Virus record (IMG/VR): IMGVR_UViG_3300030333_002778
Span: 1 to 64,000 of that record
Reading direction: 5' to 3' (one strand)
Length of the DNA stretch: 64,000 nucleotides
Origin: a virus
Part shown: piece by piece, positions 19,138-26,867 of the stretch
Position numbering within the stretch: position 1 is the stretch's first letter
How the letters are laid out: each line of letters starts with the position of its first letter
Notes under the pieces: generated by a model
The model's input: only the letters and a program-made list of their open reading frames with translations
Databases searched by the model: none
Told to the model about the DNA's origin: nothing
Program-made: the position numbers and the translations under genes

Positions 19138-19609
19138 AATCTACATATTTAATTGTAACCTCTTCTCCAGCTTCTAATGCAGCTGCAATAGGAGGATATA
19201 TCCTAGCATATGCTTGAGAAGACTTTCCTATAAATCCATCTTTCTTTATTTGATTATTAGTTTGAGTATCTCCTACTAATAAACAACCAGCAGTATGCTC
19301 GTCAGTATTTCCACAATGTATGAGAATATACTTAAAATTAGGAACATTAATAACATGCAAGGTACCCTTATGTATATCGGCAAACCGTTTAGTATAGTTA
19401 TCATGGATCCTACCGATCTTTCTAAGTATAACTTTATACTCTCCGGCAGGGATTCTAGTCTCCGCCATAACTTTTTCATTGTAACTATCTCTATATTCAT
19501 CTTCTAATGTGTATGCTAAAAACTTAGCGTTATCTGGATCTGTAACGTCAAACAACACTCCCGATGTTGAGTCCTCTCCACTACTTATTCTTATTACTTT
19601 TAATTTCAT
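19130..19609 (-). CDS. DUF5675-type L,D-peptidase, putative endolysin
   Basis: YTLED, TRIPAGEY, ILIHCGNT..HTAGCLLVG (His/Cys motif). Confidence 0.82.
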   Translation of the reverse strand: MKLKVIRISSGEDSTSGVLFDVTDPDNAKFLAYTLEDEYRDSYNEKVMAETRIPAGEYKVILRKIGRIHDNYTKRFADIHKGTLHVINVPNFKYILIHCGNTDEHTAGCLLVGDTQTNNQIKKDGFIGKSSQAYARIYPPIAAALEAGEEVTIKYVDYA

Positions 19610-19829
19610 TTCTTTTTTTAATACTTCTAATTAATTTTTCCAAATACCCGTCAAAACTTTTCATATCCATACATTCTAAAGTCATCATCACTTCTCCTCG
19701 AAAACATAATGCACTTCCAAATAGATCTAAAGTTTCCTCTCCGCCAATTTTGCGTATCAATACCTTTTTACTATCCTTTGCAGGTTTAAAATGATATTTA
19801 TCTTTCAATATTTTTCTTGTTATTGCCAT
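19581..19829 (-). CDS. Hypothetical protein
   Basis: 82 aa, tightly packed in the operon. Confidence 0.55.
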   Translation of the reverse strand: MAITRKILKDKYHFKPAKDSKKVLIRKIGGEETLDLFGSALCFRGEVMMTLECMDMKSFDGYLEKLIRSIKKRNEIKSNKNK

Positions 19830-19830
19830 A

Positions 19831-20148
19831 CTATTTTATTTTATATTCAGGCCATCTATCATCTGGACATGTAGATGTACCCCACTTTGCTTTAACATCA
19901 ATAAAGCAACCACACTTAGAACATTTTTCATCCTTTCTCCATGGACAAGTATTACAGATAGCAATTCGCTTTTCAAATACTTCTTTGCCCGCATCATGCA
20001 TTCCAGATTTAACATATTTTGCTAAACTTTTTGTAAAATTCCAAGCCTGTTTTGTTATACTTGGCATAACTAATGGTTTTTGATTACCATATTCCTGAAC
20101 ACTTGGTCCAGTAGCTTTTTCCTTTTTTTTATTACATCCGCATCCCAT
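19831..20148 (-). CDS. Cys-rich zinc-binding protein (DUF6171-like)
   Basis: RIAICNTCP...CSKCGCFIDVKAKW...CPDDRW; likely start MGCGCNKKK. Confidence 0.65.
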   Translation of the reverse strand: MGCGCNKKKEKATGPSVQEYGNQKPLVMPSITKQAWNFTKSLAKYVKSGMHDAGKEVFEKRIAICNTCPWRKDEKCSKCGCFIDVKAKWGTSTCPDDRWPEYKIK

Positions 20149-20152
20149 AATA

Positions 20153-20695
20153 TTAACGTTCATATAAACCAATATCTCCGCCCCCACGGACACGAGAATC
20201 AGTTTTGATTTCTTTTTTAATTCTATTCTCTAATTTATCTAAACTATCTACTATATTCCCTACTTTCTCTAGATTAATAGCTACATCCTTTGCATTATAC
20301 AAAGGTTTACCATTATCATCTGTTTTCAAAAAGTCTATAGTTTCAAAATAGTTTGCCAATTTATCTGAAGCTCCTCTAGCTGCTTTCATTAATCTCATTG
20401 TATGAGTTTCTTGAAATTCAACATATCTAGTTTTTGCTTCCTCTATATCCTTATCTTCTTTCCACTTTTCATCTTTCATAAAATCTTTTAAGATGATCTC
20501 CTTTCTTTTATTAGAAGGATATGCCATATAAGGACTATTAAAATCACACATAAAAAATATATATGATATTTCTCTAGTAGCTTTATCTTTACTTTTTGAC
20601 TTATCTCTTTTCCATATTTTATTAAAAATAGGAATAGCCAATGATTCAGCATTTAAAACTATATGTCCTCCTTTTATATCAAATAATGATGCCAT
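20153..20695 (-). CDS. Conserved crAss-like late protein (possible terminase small subunit)
   Basis: IWKRDKSKSKDKA..E..YIFFMCDFNSPY and C-terminal RVRGG; helical; TerS role is a guess. Confidence 0.55.
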   Translation of the reverse strand: MASLFDIKGGHIVLNAESLAIPIFNKIWKRDKSKSKDKATREISYIFFMCDFNSPYMAYPSNKRKEIILKDFMKDEKWKEDKDIEEAKTRYVEFQETHTMRLMKAARGASDKLANYFETIDFLKTDDNGKPLYNAKDVAINLEKVGNIVDSLDKLENRIKKEIKTDSRVRGGGDIGLYER

Positions 20696-20696
20696 A

Positions 20697-21047
20697 CTAT
20701 TTTGGTCTTACAGGTTTTATATTCCTGTTATTTCTTATTCTTTTAATTAAATTTTTATTTTCCATGATCTTAGATTGAGAAGTTTTATTTCCTGTAAAAT
20801 TAGCAAACTTATTATTTTCCATTTTTGTAATATACTTTTCAATTTCTCCATCTGTTAAAGGTCTAGGTATATTATTTTCTTTAGTAAAGTATATAGGTGT
20901 ATTTTTTAATCTAGGATCAGTAGTATAAGGTTTCTTAGCAGTTAGAAATTCATATACTAATTTAGAATTATTTCTTGTAGTAGATTGTTCATCTGCTATG
21001 TCTCTTTTTAAACTTTTTAATATGTAAGATGGTATACCTTTTTTCAT
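20697..21047 (-). CDS. Hypothetical basic protein
   Basis: 116 aa, coupled in operon. Confidence 0.55.
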   Translation of the reverse strand: MKKGIPSYILKSLKRDIADEQSTTRNNSKLVYEFLTAKKPYTTDPRLKNTPIYFTKENNIPRPLTDGEIEKYITKMENNKFANFTGNKTSQSKIMENKNLIKRIRNNRNIKPVRPK

Positions 21048-21235
21048 TACCTTAATCTTAATGCTTTTAAACTTTCTATTCTAGAATTTAAATTATATAA
21101 TCTTTTTTTATATTTTTCTACCTTTTCTGGATTCTTTTCTGCATTTGCTAAACTTTTAAGTCTAGTCACCTTTATTACTTTTTTTTCAAGCTGCTGTTGT
21201 TTATTCTTTTTAAATCTTTGATTAAACGTTTCCAT
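21047..21235 (-). CDS. Hypothetical basic protein
   Basis: 62 aa, coupled in operon. Confidence 0.5.
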   Translation of the reverse strand: METFNQRFKKNKQQQLEKKVIKVTRLKSLANAEKNPEKVEKYKKRLYNLNSRIESLKALRLR

Positions 21236-21419
21236 TTATACTATATAATCTTTTAGGTTTAACTTTAAATACACCAAAATGATGTAATCTTATTTTAACT
21301 AAATCTTCGCTTTGCATTTGTGTATGTACAAATTTAAATTGAGATTTTACAATATCTTCTACAACAAATTCTGGTAGATCATATTTAGTAGCTAATTCTT
21401 TTATTACTCCTTGATCCAT
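21222..21419 (-). CDS. Short HU/IHF-like DNA-binding protein
   Basis: IKELATKYDL..VEDIV....F...IRLHHFGVFKVK. Confidence 0.65.
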   Translation of the reverse strand: MDQGVIKELATKYDLPEFVVEDIVKSQFKFVHTQMQSEDLVKIRLHHFGVFKVKPKRLYSINGNV

Positions 21420-21420
21420 A

Positions 21421-21735
21421 TTATTTACATCTCTTGTAAGCTATCAATGTTCCAGCAGTTAATCTTATTTGAGTAAAATTACCATAAAATATTCTTCCTA
21501 ATAATTTAGATTCTATACTATGATCTGCTGAAAACCCTTCCCAGTCTACAACTGTAGCCCCACTTGCATGAGCATAATCTAATGTAGCAGTTACCAATGC
21601 AGATGGATTCGATATAGCTACCCAATCACCTTCGAATAGATCTGTACCAGTAATCATAGTAGCACCACAACCACAACGATTGTCACCAGTCATACCTACT
21701 TTTCTTTCTATATTTTTTAATTCTGTTTGCGCCAT
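21421..21735 (-). CDS. Small beta-rich hypothetical protein
   Basis: 104 aa; GDWVAI...GRIFYGNFTQIRLTAGTLIAYK. Confidence 0.6.
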   Translation of the reverse strand: MAQTELKNIERKVGMTGDNRCGCGATMITGTDLFEGDWVAISNPSALVTATLDYAHASGATVVDWEGFSADHSIESKLLGRIFYGNFTQIRLTAGTLIAYKRCK

Positions 21736-21761
21736 TTAATTTAATTTATTTAATTAATTAG

Positions 21762-21833
21762 TTGCGGGAGATGGACTCGAACCAACCTAGACGGGCTAAT
21801 GAAACCCGTGAGTAACCCCTACTCTATCCCGCT
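21762..21833 (-). tRNA. tRNA-Met(CAT)-like, atypical (initiator-like)
   Basis: Acceptor AGCGGGA/TCCCGCA (1:72 mismatch), D-stem GAGT/ACTC, anticodon arm CGGGT-TTCATTA-GCCCG, T-loop TTCGAGT; no encoded CCA. Confidence 0.75.
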
Positions 21834-22300
21834 ATCTTTTTTTTCCTTTGATTATGATAATATTCAGTAGCAGGTGCTTCTTTCTTATCAAAGCAACTAT
21901 GTACATGCATATAATCAAAATCATAAGACCATGGATTTTTAAAATGTGATCCTACTATTCCTTTTTTAGAAGTCATTAAATATCCTAGGTTTTGACCTGA
22001 TTTATCTAATAATCTCCACATATATCTAGATGTTCCATCATTAGCTGGACCATGAAATGTAATTACTATTCCATGGGTATCACAATATTTCTTAGCCTCA
22101 ACTCCATCAAAAAAAGAATCATTACCCTCTAAATGATCTTTAGTGCAATCACATGCAACTATATCATAAGTGGCATTATCTACTTTAGCTTTGTCTGAAT
22201 CACTTAATTTATCATACTTAGCTTTACTCTCTGCTATAAGAGCATCTACTTCTGCTCTTTTCTTGATTCTTCTACGTTCTTGTTGTTCTTTAAAATCCAT
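21824..22300 (-). CDS. Hypothetical protein with Cys/His residues
   Basis: 158 aa; ACDC..DH, YCDTH, HVHSC; 3' end overlaps the tRNA. Confidence 0.6.
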   Translation of the reverse strand: MDFKEQQERRRIKKRAEVDALIAESKAKYDKLSDSDKAKVDNATYDIVACDCTKDHLEGNDSFFDGVEAKKYCDTHGIVITFHGPANDGTSRYMWRLLDKSGQNLGYLMTSKKGIVGSHFKNPWSYDFDYMHVHSCFDKKEAPATEYYHNQRKKKIAG

Positions 22301-22377
22301 TAGCTTCTTTTATATATCTTTAATATTCCTGCTGCAGTTATAAACGCTACTGCTACACAGATAGGACAAGGACACAT
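22300..22377 (-). CDS. 25-aa micro-protein with CPCPIC and a TM segment
   Basis: MCPCPICVAVAFITAAGILKIYKRS; TAATG overlaps at both ends. Confidence 0.6.
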   Translation of the reverse strand: MCPCPICVAVAFITAAGILKIYKRS

Positions 22378-22556
22378 TATATCTCAAATCCAAAATTTAA
22401 TAACATAAATCTAAATCTTTTACATTCTTTTCTTTCTTTTTTACATGAAGTGCTAGCACATAAGTAAAATTCCAGAATAGTAAGTATTCCAAATCTAAGA
22501 CTTATATTAATCTTATTCTTTTTATTTCCTTTTTTCCAACTGTTTATAAAATTCAT
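22377..22556 (-). CDS. 59-aa protein, first gene of the leftward operon
   Basis: MNFINSWKKGNKKNKINISLRFGILTILEFYLC...RFRFMLLNFGFEI. Confidence 0.62.
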   Translation of the reverse strand: MNFINSWKKGNKKNKINISLRFGILTILEFYLCASTSCKKERKECKRFRFMLLNFGFEI

Positions 22557-22584
22557 TTCGCTATAGTTTAATATTAATAGAAAA

Positions 22585-22592
22585 CAAATATA
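22585..22592 (-). promoter_or_regulatory. Bacteroidota -7 element for the leftward operon
   Basis: Minus strand TATATTTG about 29 nt upstream of ATG 22556; the -33 position reads TTT rather than TTG. Confidence 0.5.
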
Positions 22593-22716
22593 AAATAATT
22601 TCTTATAAAAAAAATATTTTTTATAAAATTTTTTTCATGGTGTATATTTAAAGATGCAGACCATTATTGGAATCTCCCCCCGGGCCCAACACCTCAATCA
22701 ACCCCCCGTGGGTCGA

Positions 22717-22748
22717 TTTTATGACCTACTACCATTACATATTATTGC
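22717..22748 (+). promoter_or_regulatory. Phage-specific early promoter candidate 1
   Basis: TTTATGACC-YANK-ACCWTTAC-N8-GC, shared with 23210 and 23621. Confidence 0.6.
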
Positions 22749-22780
22749 GTATAGAGAATCTTACGCGCAACTTGTTGATT

Positions 22781-23095
22781 ATGTCGCAAAGCACAGAATC
22801 TAAACAAGCGCAATACATAACTATTGCTATCTCAGCTATCTTCGGTGGTGATGGAGTCAATACTCCTTCTCCTAAGATGTGCAATGATGGTGTTGAGAGA
22901 TTCATTATGAAGACTCCTGACATCTGTGTACTACCTGAAGATGGTGGCAGACCTCGTATTGAGGAAGGTACTACAGTGTTCCTTGATGTTACTGAAGAAA
23001 ATGCTCAGTGGGTCGAGGTTGTCTGTGACCTGCTTGAGAAAGCAAAAGCTGATGGTCAATCTACTATTGAGATAGATTGGAAGCCAAAGGTGTAG
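22781..23095 (+). CDS. First early protein (probable start MSQSTESK)
   Basis: 104 aa; GC-richer codons than the rest of the window; follows the motif and a hairpin. Confidence 0.65.
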   Translation: MSQSTESKQAQYITIAISAIFGGDGVNTPSPKMCNDGVERFIMKTPDICVLPEDGGRPRIEEGTTVFLDVTEENAQWVEVVCDLLEKAKADGQSTIEIDWKPKV

Positions 23096-23209
23096 TTAGT
23101 GTTGAAGCTGAAGCCTGAGTGTCATTCACGGATATTAGTGCCACTTAGGGGAAGTCTCGCATAGCTTTCTTACTCAATATGCGCCTTTCGGGGTTATCTC
23201 TTTTTTTTA

Positions 23210-23240
23210 TTTATGACCCATGACCTTTACGAAAGTGTGC
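23210..23240 (+). promoter_or_regulatory. Phage-specific early promoter candidate 2
   Basis: TTTATGACCCATGACCTTTACGAAAGTGTGC after a T-tract. Confidence 0.65.
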
Positions 23241-23259
23241 AATCAATAACGTAATAAAA

Positions 23260-23430
23260 ATGAAAAAAACATATGATATTTACAATAACAAAAAGATTAA
23301 ACAGTTAGTAAAGCATTTCGTTGACATGCCTATGACTGAAGATAACTTTGAATTATTAAAGAAATTAGTATTAGATGACTTTGAAGAATATGTTGAGTGG
23401 TCTGATGGTAAACCATATACTAATTTTTAA
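23260..23430 (+). CDS. 56-aa early protein (not in ORF track)
   Basis: MKKTYDIYNNKKIKQLVKHFVDMPMTEDNFELLKKLVLDDFEEYVEWSDGKPYTNF; A-rich leader. Confidence 0.65.
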   Translation: MKKTYDIYNNKKIKQLVKHFVDMPMTEDNFELLKKLVLDDFEEYVEWSDGKPYTNF

Positions 23431-23437
23431 TTAAACC

Positions 23438-23536
23438 GAGATTGAGCTAGTGAAAATGAAGCATATGAAAACCCTATAAAGATAAGATAGAAGGGCTTAT
23501 TTAGTATTCATATGTGGATCAACCTAGCTCTTTCTC
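23438..23536 (+). ncRNA. Rod-like structured RNA candidate
   Basis: GAGCTAG/CTAGCTC closing stem with inner GCATATGAA/TTCATATGT and CCCT/AGGG. Confidence 0.45.
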
Positions 23537-23556
23537 ATGACTTTGTGTTGGTTGGT

Positions 23557-23624
23557 AAGATAATAAAGCTCTGAATAAGAAATGCTACTTAATTTATTTA
23601 TTCTTTATTATCTTTTCTTTTTTT
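23557..23624 (+). terminator. Intrinsic terminator-like hairpin
   Basis: AAGATAATAAAG/CTTTATTATCTT 12-bp stem followed by a T-tract. Confidence 0.5.
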
Positions 23625-23652
23625 ATGACCTAAGACCTTTACGGAAGTAAGC
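23621..23652 (+). promoter_or_regulatory. Phage-specific early promoter candidate 3
   Basis: TTTTATGACCTAAGACCTTTACGGAAGTAAGC. Confidence 0.65.
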
Positions 23653-23659
23653 GATAGTT

Positions 23660-23790
23660 GTTGTAATAATAAACATACTAAAATTATTTAACAGTTGTGA
23701 ACTCCTTGCTTGACTACTTAAAATCAATCAACACTAGAAGTAATGCTACAACAATGAAATTAACTGTAAGTATGTGTTATTACTTACAAC
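23660..23790 (+). ncRNA. Rod-like structured RNA candidate directly after promoter 3
   Basis: GTTGTAATAATAAACATACT pairs imperfectly with AGTATGTGTTATTACTTACAAC; inner ACAGTTG/TAACTGT. Confidence 0.45.
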
Positions 23791-23916
23791 ATTATCGTAC
23801 ACACATGTATTTAACACTTTTATTAACATTTGTATTATACTTATATTAATATATATATAGCGAAAGTATAATACACCAAAGCGAAGAGCACAATGTCATA
23901 ACTGTGCATATTTATT

Positions 23917-24609
23917 ATGGATTTAGAACAATTTTTAAATTCTTTAGAGACTGGTCAATGTGGATTAATCTCTTATCGTAGAAATAATGACTCTGAAGAT
24001 GGTACTAAAAACTTTAGTATAGAATTAGCAGAGAAAATTATTCCTCCTACAAGTAATACTAGTAATGCTATGAATGCAATATCATTATTAACTGTTGGAG
24101 ACAAAAGATTTAGTAGTCGAGGACATCGTAGAGCATGGCCTCCAGTTTCCCCAAAGTTTTTACTTCATTTAGGCGTAAAACAGGATGAAATTGACGCTAT
24201 GGACATTGGAGATGTAACAGAGTTATTCATCAAGAGTCCAAAAGCAATGAATAATCAATATTTAAGATTAAAGATTACTGAATTATTAGACAGTCAATTA
24301 GAAACACATTTTGCTAACTTTAAAAATGGTCAGAAACAAATTGCTTATATGAGAGCAAATCTTGATAAAATGGCTAAAAAGATGGGAGGTAAAGATTCTG
24401 ATTTCTTCATGAGTTTAAATGAAACTACTGGAGCATTAGAAAATGTATTTAGTTTGACTGATGTTGTTGCAGTACCAGAATTAGAACAAGATACTTCATC
24501 TGTTCATACTTGGGCTGAAAGATATGTAGAACAATCAAACATGAACTATAACAAGTCTAAAACTGAAGTTGTAGAGACTGTTGAGGCTGAAGAAGAGCCA
24601 TTTCTATAA
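23917..24609 (+). CDS. Early protein with acidic PFL tail
   Basis: 230 aa; C-terminus VETVEAEEEPFL. Confidence 0.7.
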   Translation: MDLEQFLNSLETGQCGLISYRRNNDSEDGTKNFSIELAEKIIPPTSNTSNAMNAISLLTVGDKRFSSRGHRRAWPPVSPKFLLHLGVKQDEIDAMDIGDVTELFIKSPKAMNNQYLRLKITELLDSQLETHFANFKNGQKQIAYMRANLDKMAKKMGGKDSDFFMSLNETTGALENVFSLTDVVAVPELEQDTSSVHTWAERYVEQSNMNYNKSKTEVVETVEAEEEPFL

Positions 24610-24620
24610 ATCTTAAATAT

Positions 24621-25172
24621 ATTAGAGAGATAGTATTAAATTATCCGTGATTTAGCTTTGCATGCTATCTCTCTAATATTTAATATAGCTATAATAGGTA
24701 CCTTTCTAGAAGGTCCTAATCATCGCGTCTTTATATTAGAGGCATCTATATAAAGTTAAGAACTTAGAGTCTTGTTAAAACGAAAAGAGTCAACTTATGT
24801 TGTATGATGTTAAACTTACTAGAATAAAGATAGGATCTAGTACTATTATAGTCTTTATGGAGATAACTAGTATTAGAGTAAATGACCCTGAAGCGTTTGA
24901 AAGTTAATGAAAGCTGCAGTAATTGTCATTAATGAGTAGTGGAGAAATTTACTCTAATGCTTTAAGTAAACTATACCATAATTTAATAGTATGGGTAGAT
25001 ATAAAGTAGATAAATTCACCTAGGAACTACACACGGTAACAGTGAACTAGGAAAAATAAGTTTGTTTTTATATACGGTAAACACAAACAGAAAGTAAGTG
25101 AGCAATCTATTTAGATCAGGTTTAACATGTCTTGTCCTCTTGATCGGCTTTGTGGGGTTGCTCACTTGTTTT
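24621..25172 (+). ncRNA. Structured ncRNA array A (about 5 closed-stem domains)
   Basis: Closing stems at 24621-24677, 24688-24852, 24870-24960, 24971-24998 and 25091-25172; no substantial ORF. Confidence 0.55.
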
Positions 25173-25201
25173 CACTAATGTTAAATTAAAAAATATAAAA
25201 A

Positions 25202-25318
25202 ATGAAAAGAATAATTTATACATTACTACTAATAGGACTATTCACGAGTTGTGCTTCTGGCAAAATAAACTCGTGTTGGAGTAGTAATGGAAAAACAATA
25301 AATGGTCTGTATAAATAA
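25202..25318 (+). CDS. 38-aa lipoprotein
   Basis: MKRIIYTLLLIGLFTS-CASGKINSCW...; lipobox FTSC. Confidence 0.7.
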   Translation: MKRIIYTLLLIGLFTSCASGKINSCWSSNGKTINGLYK

Positions 25319-25344
25319 ATGTTAAATTAAAAAAAATTACAAAA

Positions 25345-25752
25345 ATGGAAGAATTATTACATCGAGCAGAGATAATTATGGTAGTGCTATCTCTGATCGT
25401 ATTTGTTTTACTACTAATTTGTGCTAAACAACACAGTATAATACAAAATATGCAATCTTCAGCAGAAGAATCTATGCAGTTGTTTCAAGAATATAAAGAT
25501 TTAGTGAGGGAAAGATATGGTCCTTCAACTTACATGCTTAATCGTGACTTTGATCATAAGTATGAAATTGATATATTTGAAGATGATGATGATCCATCTA
25601 TAAAAACAGATGGTAAAGGTGGTGTACTTTATTATAAAACTAGAAAAGATATGTTTATGGATAATCCTTGTACAAAAGAAGAATGGGAAGAATATCATAA
25701 ACATAAAGATTTTCATGATCAATATCAATTTATAATAAAGAACGATGATTGA
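25345..25752 (+). CDS. Membrane-anchored early protein
   Basis: N-terminal TM IIMVVLSLIVFVLLLIC; 135 aa. Confidence 0.7.
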   Translation: MEELLHRAEIIMVVLSLIVFVLLLICAKQHSIIQNMQSSAEESMQLFQEYKDLVRERYGPSTYMLNRDFDHKYEIDIFEDDDDPSIKTDGKGGVLYYKTRKDMFMDNPCTKEEWEEYHKHKDFHDQYQFIIKNDD

Positions 25753-25843
25753 AATATTTATAATAAGCCTATTTGCAGGGATAGCGATAGGCTTATACAT
25801 ATCAAGTCAAATTAATCGTTGGATAGATAAAAATAGTAAATAA
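25745..25843 (+). CDS. 32-aa single-TM micro-protein
   Basis: MIEIFIISLFAGIAIGLYISSQINRWIDKNSK. Confidence 0.6.
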   Translation: MIEIFIISLFAGIAIGLYISSQINRWIDKNSK

Positions 25844-25845
25844 TT

Positions 25846-25935
25846 ATGAAAAGAGATGAAATTCAAACAACAGCATTACTCATAGCAATAGTAATATTCT
25901 ATGTATTAATGCTTTTAATAATGATAACACGATGA
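25846..25935 (+). CDS. 29-aa single-TM micro-protein
   Basis: MKRDEIQTTALLIAIVIFYVLMLLIMITR; ATGA overlap with the next gene. Confidence 0.6.
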   Translation: MKRDEIQTTALLIAIVIFYVLMLLIMITR

Positions 25936-26117
25936 AAGAATCAGCATTTTATAATATAAATATGAAAGGTAAACGTGAACCTAATGAGTCTAGAGAAGAC
26001 TATAAAGCACGTATGAGGGAGGTGAAAGAAAGAACAAAATTACATTTAAAAGGAAGAATAATATGGGACAGTAAAACTCTTGGTACATATATCAAGAAAT
26101 TACATGGCCCATTATGA
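25932..26117 (+). CDS. Small basic phage protein
   Basis: KREPNESREDYKARMR...LKGRIIWDS...GTYIK. Confidence 0.7.
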   Translation: MKESAFYNINMKGKREPNESREDYKARMREVKERTKLHLKGRIIWDSKTLGTYIKKLHGPL

Positions 26118-26121
26118 TGTT

Positions 26122-26744
26122 GTGGGATGGAGTATATCGTAAGAATACTTGAGGATTTTTAGTTGATTGTAATTATTTTTTGTCCTTTCATGCATCCCAC
26201 TTATTAAAGGGGAATTTAGTATAGTGAGTGGCGCGTTGCTATACACATTTTTGCTGACATAATCTTGGATGGTTTCCCCAGTATACAAAGAGGAGTGCTC
26301 GATATAAGACGAGGTTATTCACGCATTCGTACATGTAGTTTTAAAAGTTCCATCTTAATTCAAGCATGTGAGAGCTCCTCTGTGATATAAACAAAGAAAG
26401 ACGGAAGACCGTTAGACTATTATTAATTATAATTGTAACAGGTTATAAACGTTAGTTTAATAAAGAACGTCACTATGTAGAAAGAGGTTATCCATTTATC
26501 TTCGGATATTTCGATGAATGATCATTGTAATTGTGATCTGATAGATCTGTAGTTAATTCTACGGGGAGAATCAGCATAGTTACCATAGACTGTCATGAAG
26601 TCTTTCACTTGTTTATGTATTAGCCAGTGATATGGATATAATAATAGATAAGCCGGCCAGCTTATCGCGGGAAAGTAATCCGTATTGGATGACTTAACAC
26701 AATAGTGTTAAACCCATTATTATTGAAGTATCACTAGGCTGATA
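26122..26744 (+). ncRNA. Structured ncRNA array B (5 abutting closed-stem domains)
   Basis: Closing stems at 26122-26200, 26209-26279, 26282-26389, 26387-26616 and 26618-26744. Confidence 0.6.
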
Positions 26745-26867
26745 CGCTTATAGCAAATACTATTATCATTATGATAATGTATAAATATTTAGTTATGTCT
26801 ATTCTCATTGAATACAATATACATATCTAATGTTACAAGAATGTTAAATTAAAATTAAATAATTATT

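Noticed and set aside
22667-22780. N-terminal extension of the 142-aa ORF from the TTG at 22667
   Set aside because: It crosses the C-rich island and promoter motif; ATG 22781 is more plausible
24870-24960. Hammerhead ribozyme (CTGAAGCG...GAAA)
   Set aside because: The core deviates from CUGANGA and the three required stems cannot be built
22717-26860. CRISPR or mini-CRISPR array in the non-coding early region
   Set aside because: No regularly spaced direct repeats; the structure is inverted repeats, and the three-copy motif is 400-500 nt apart
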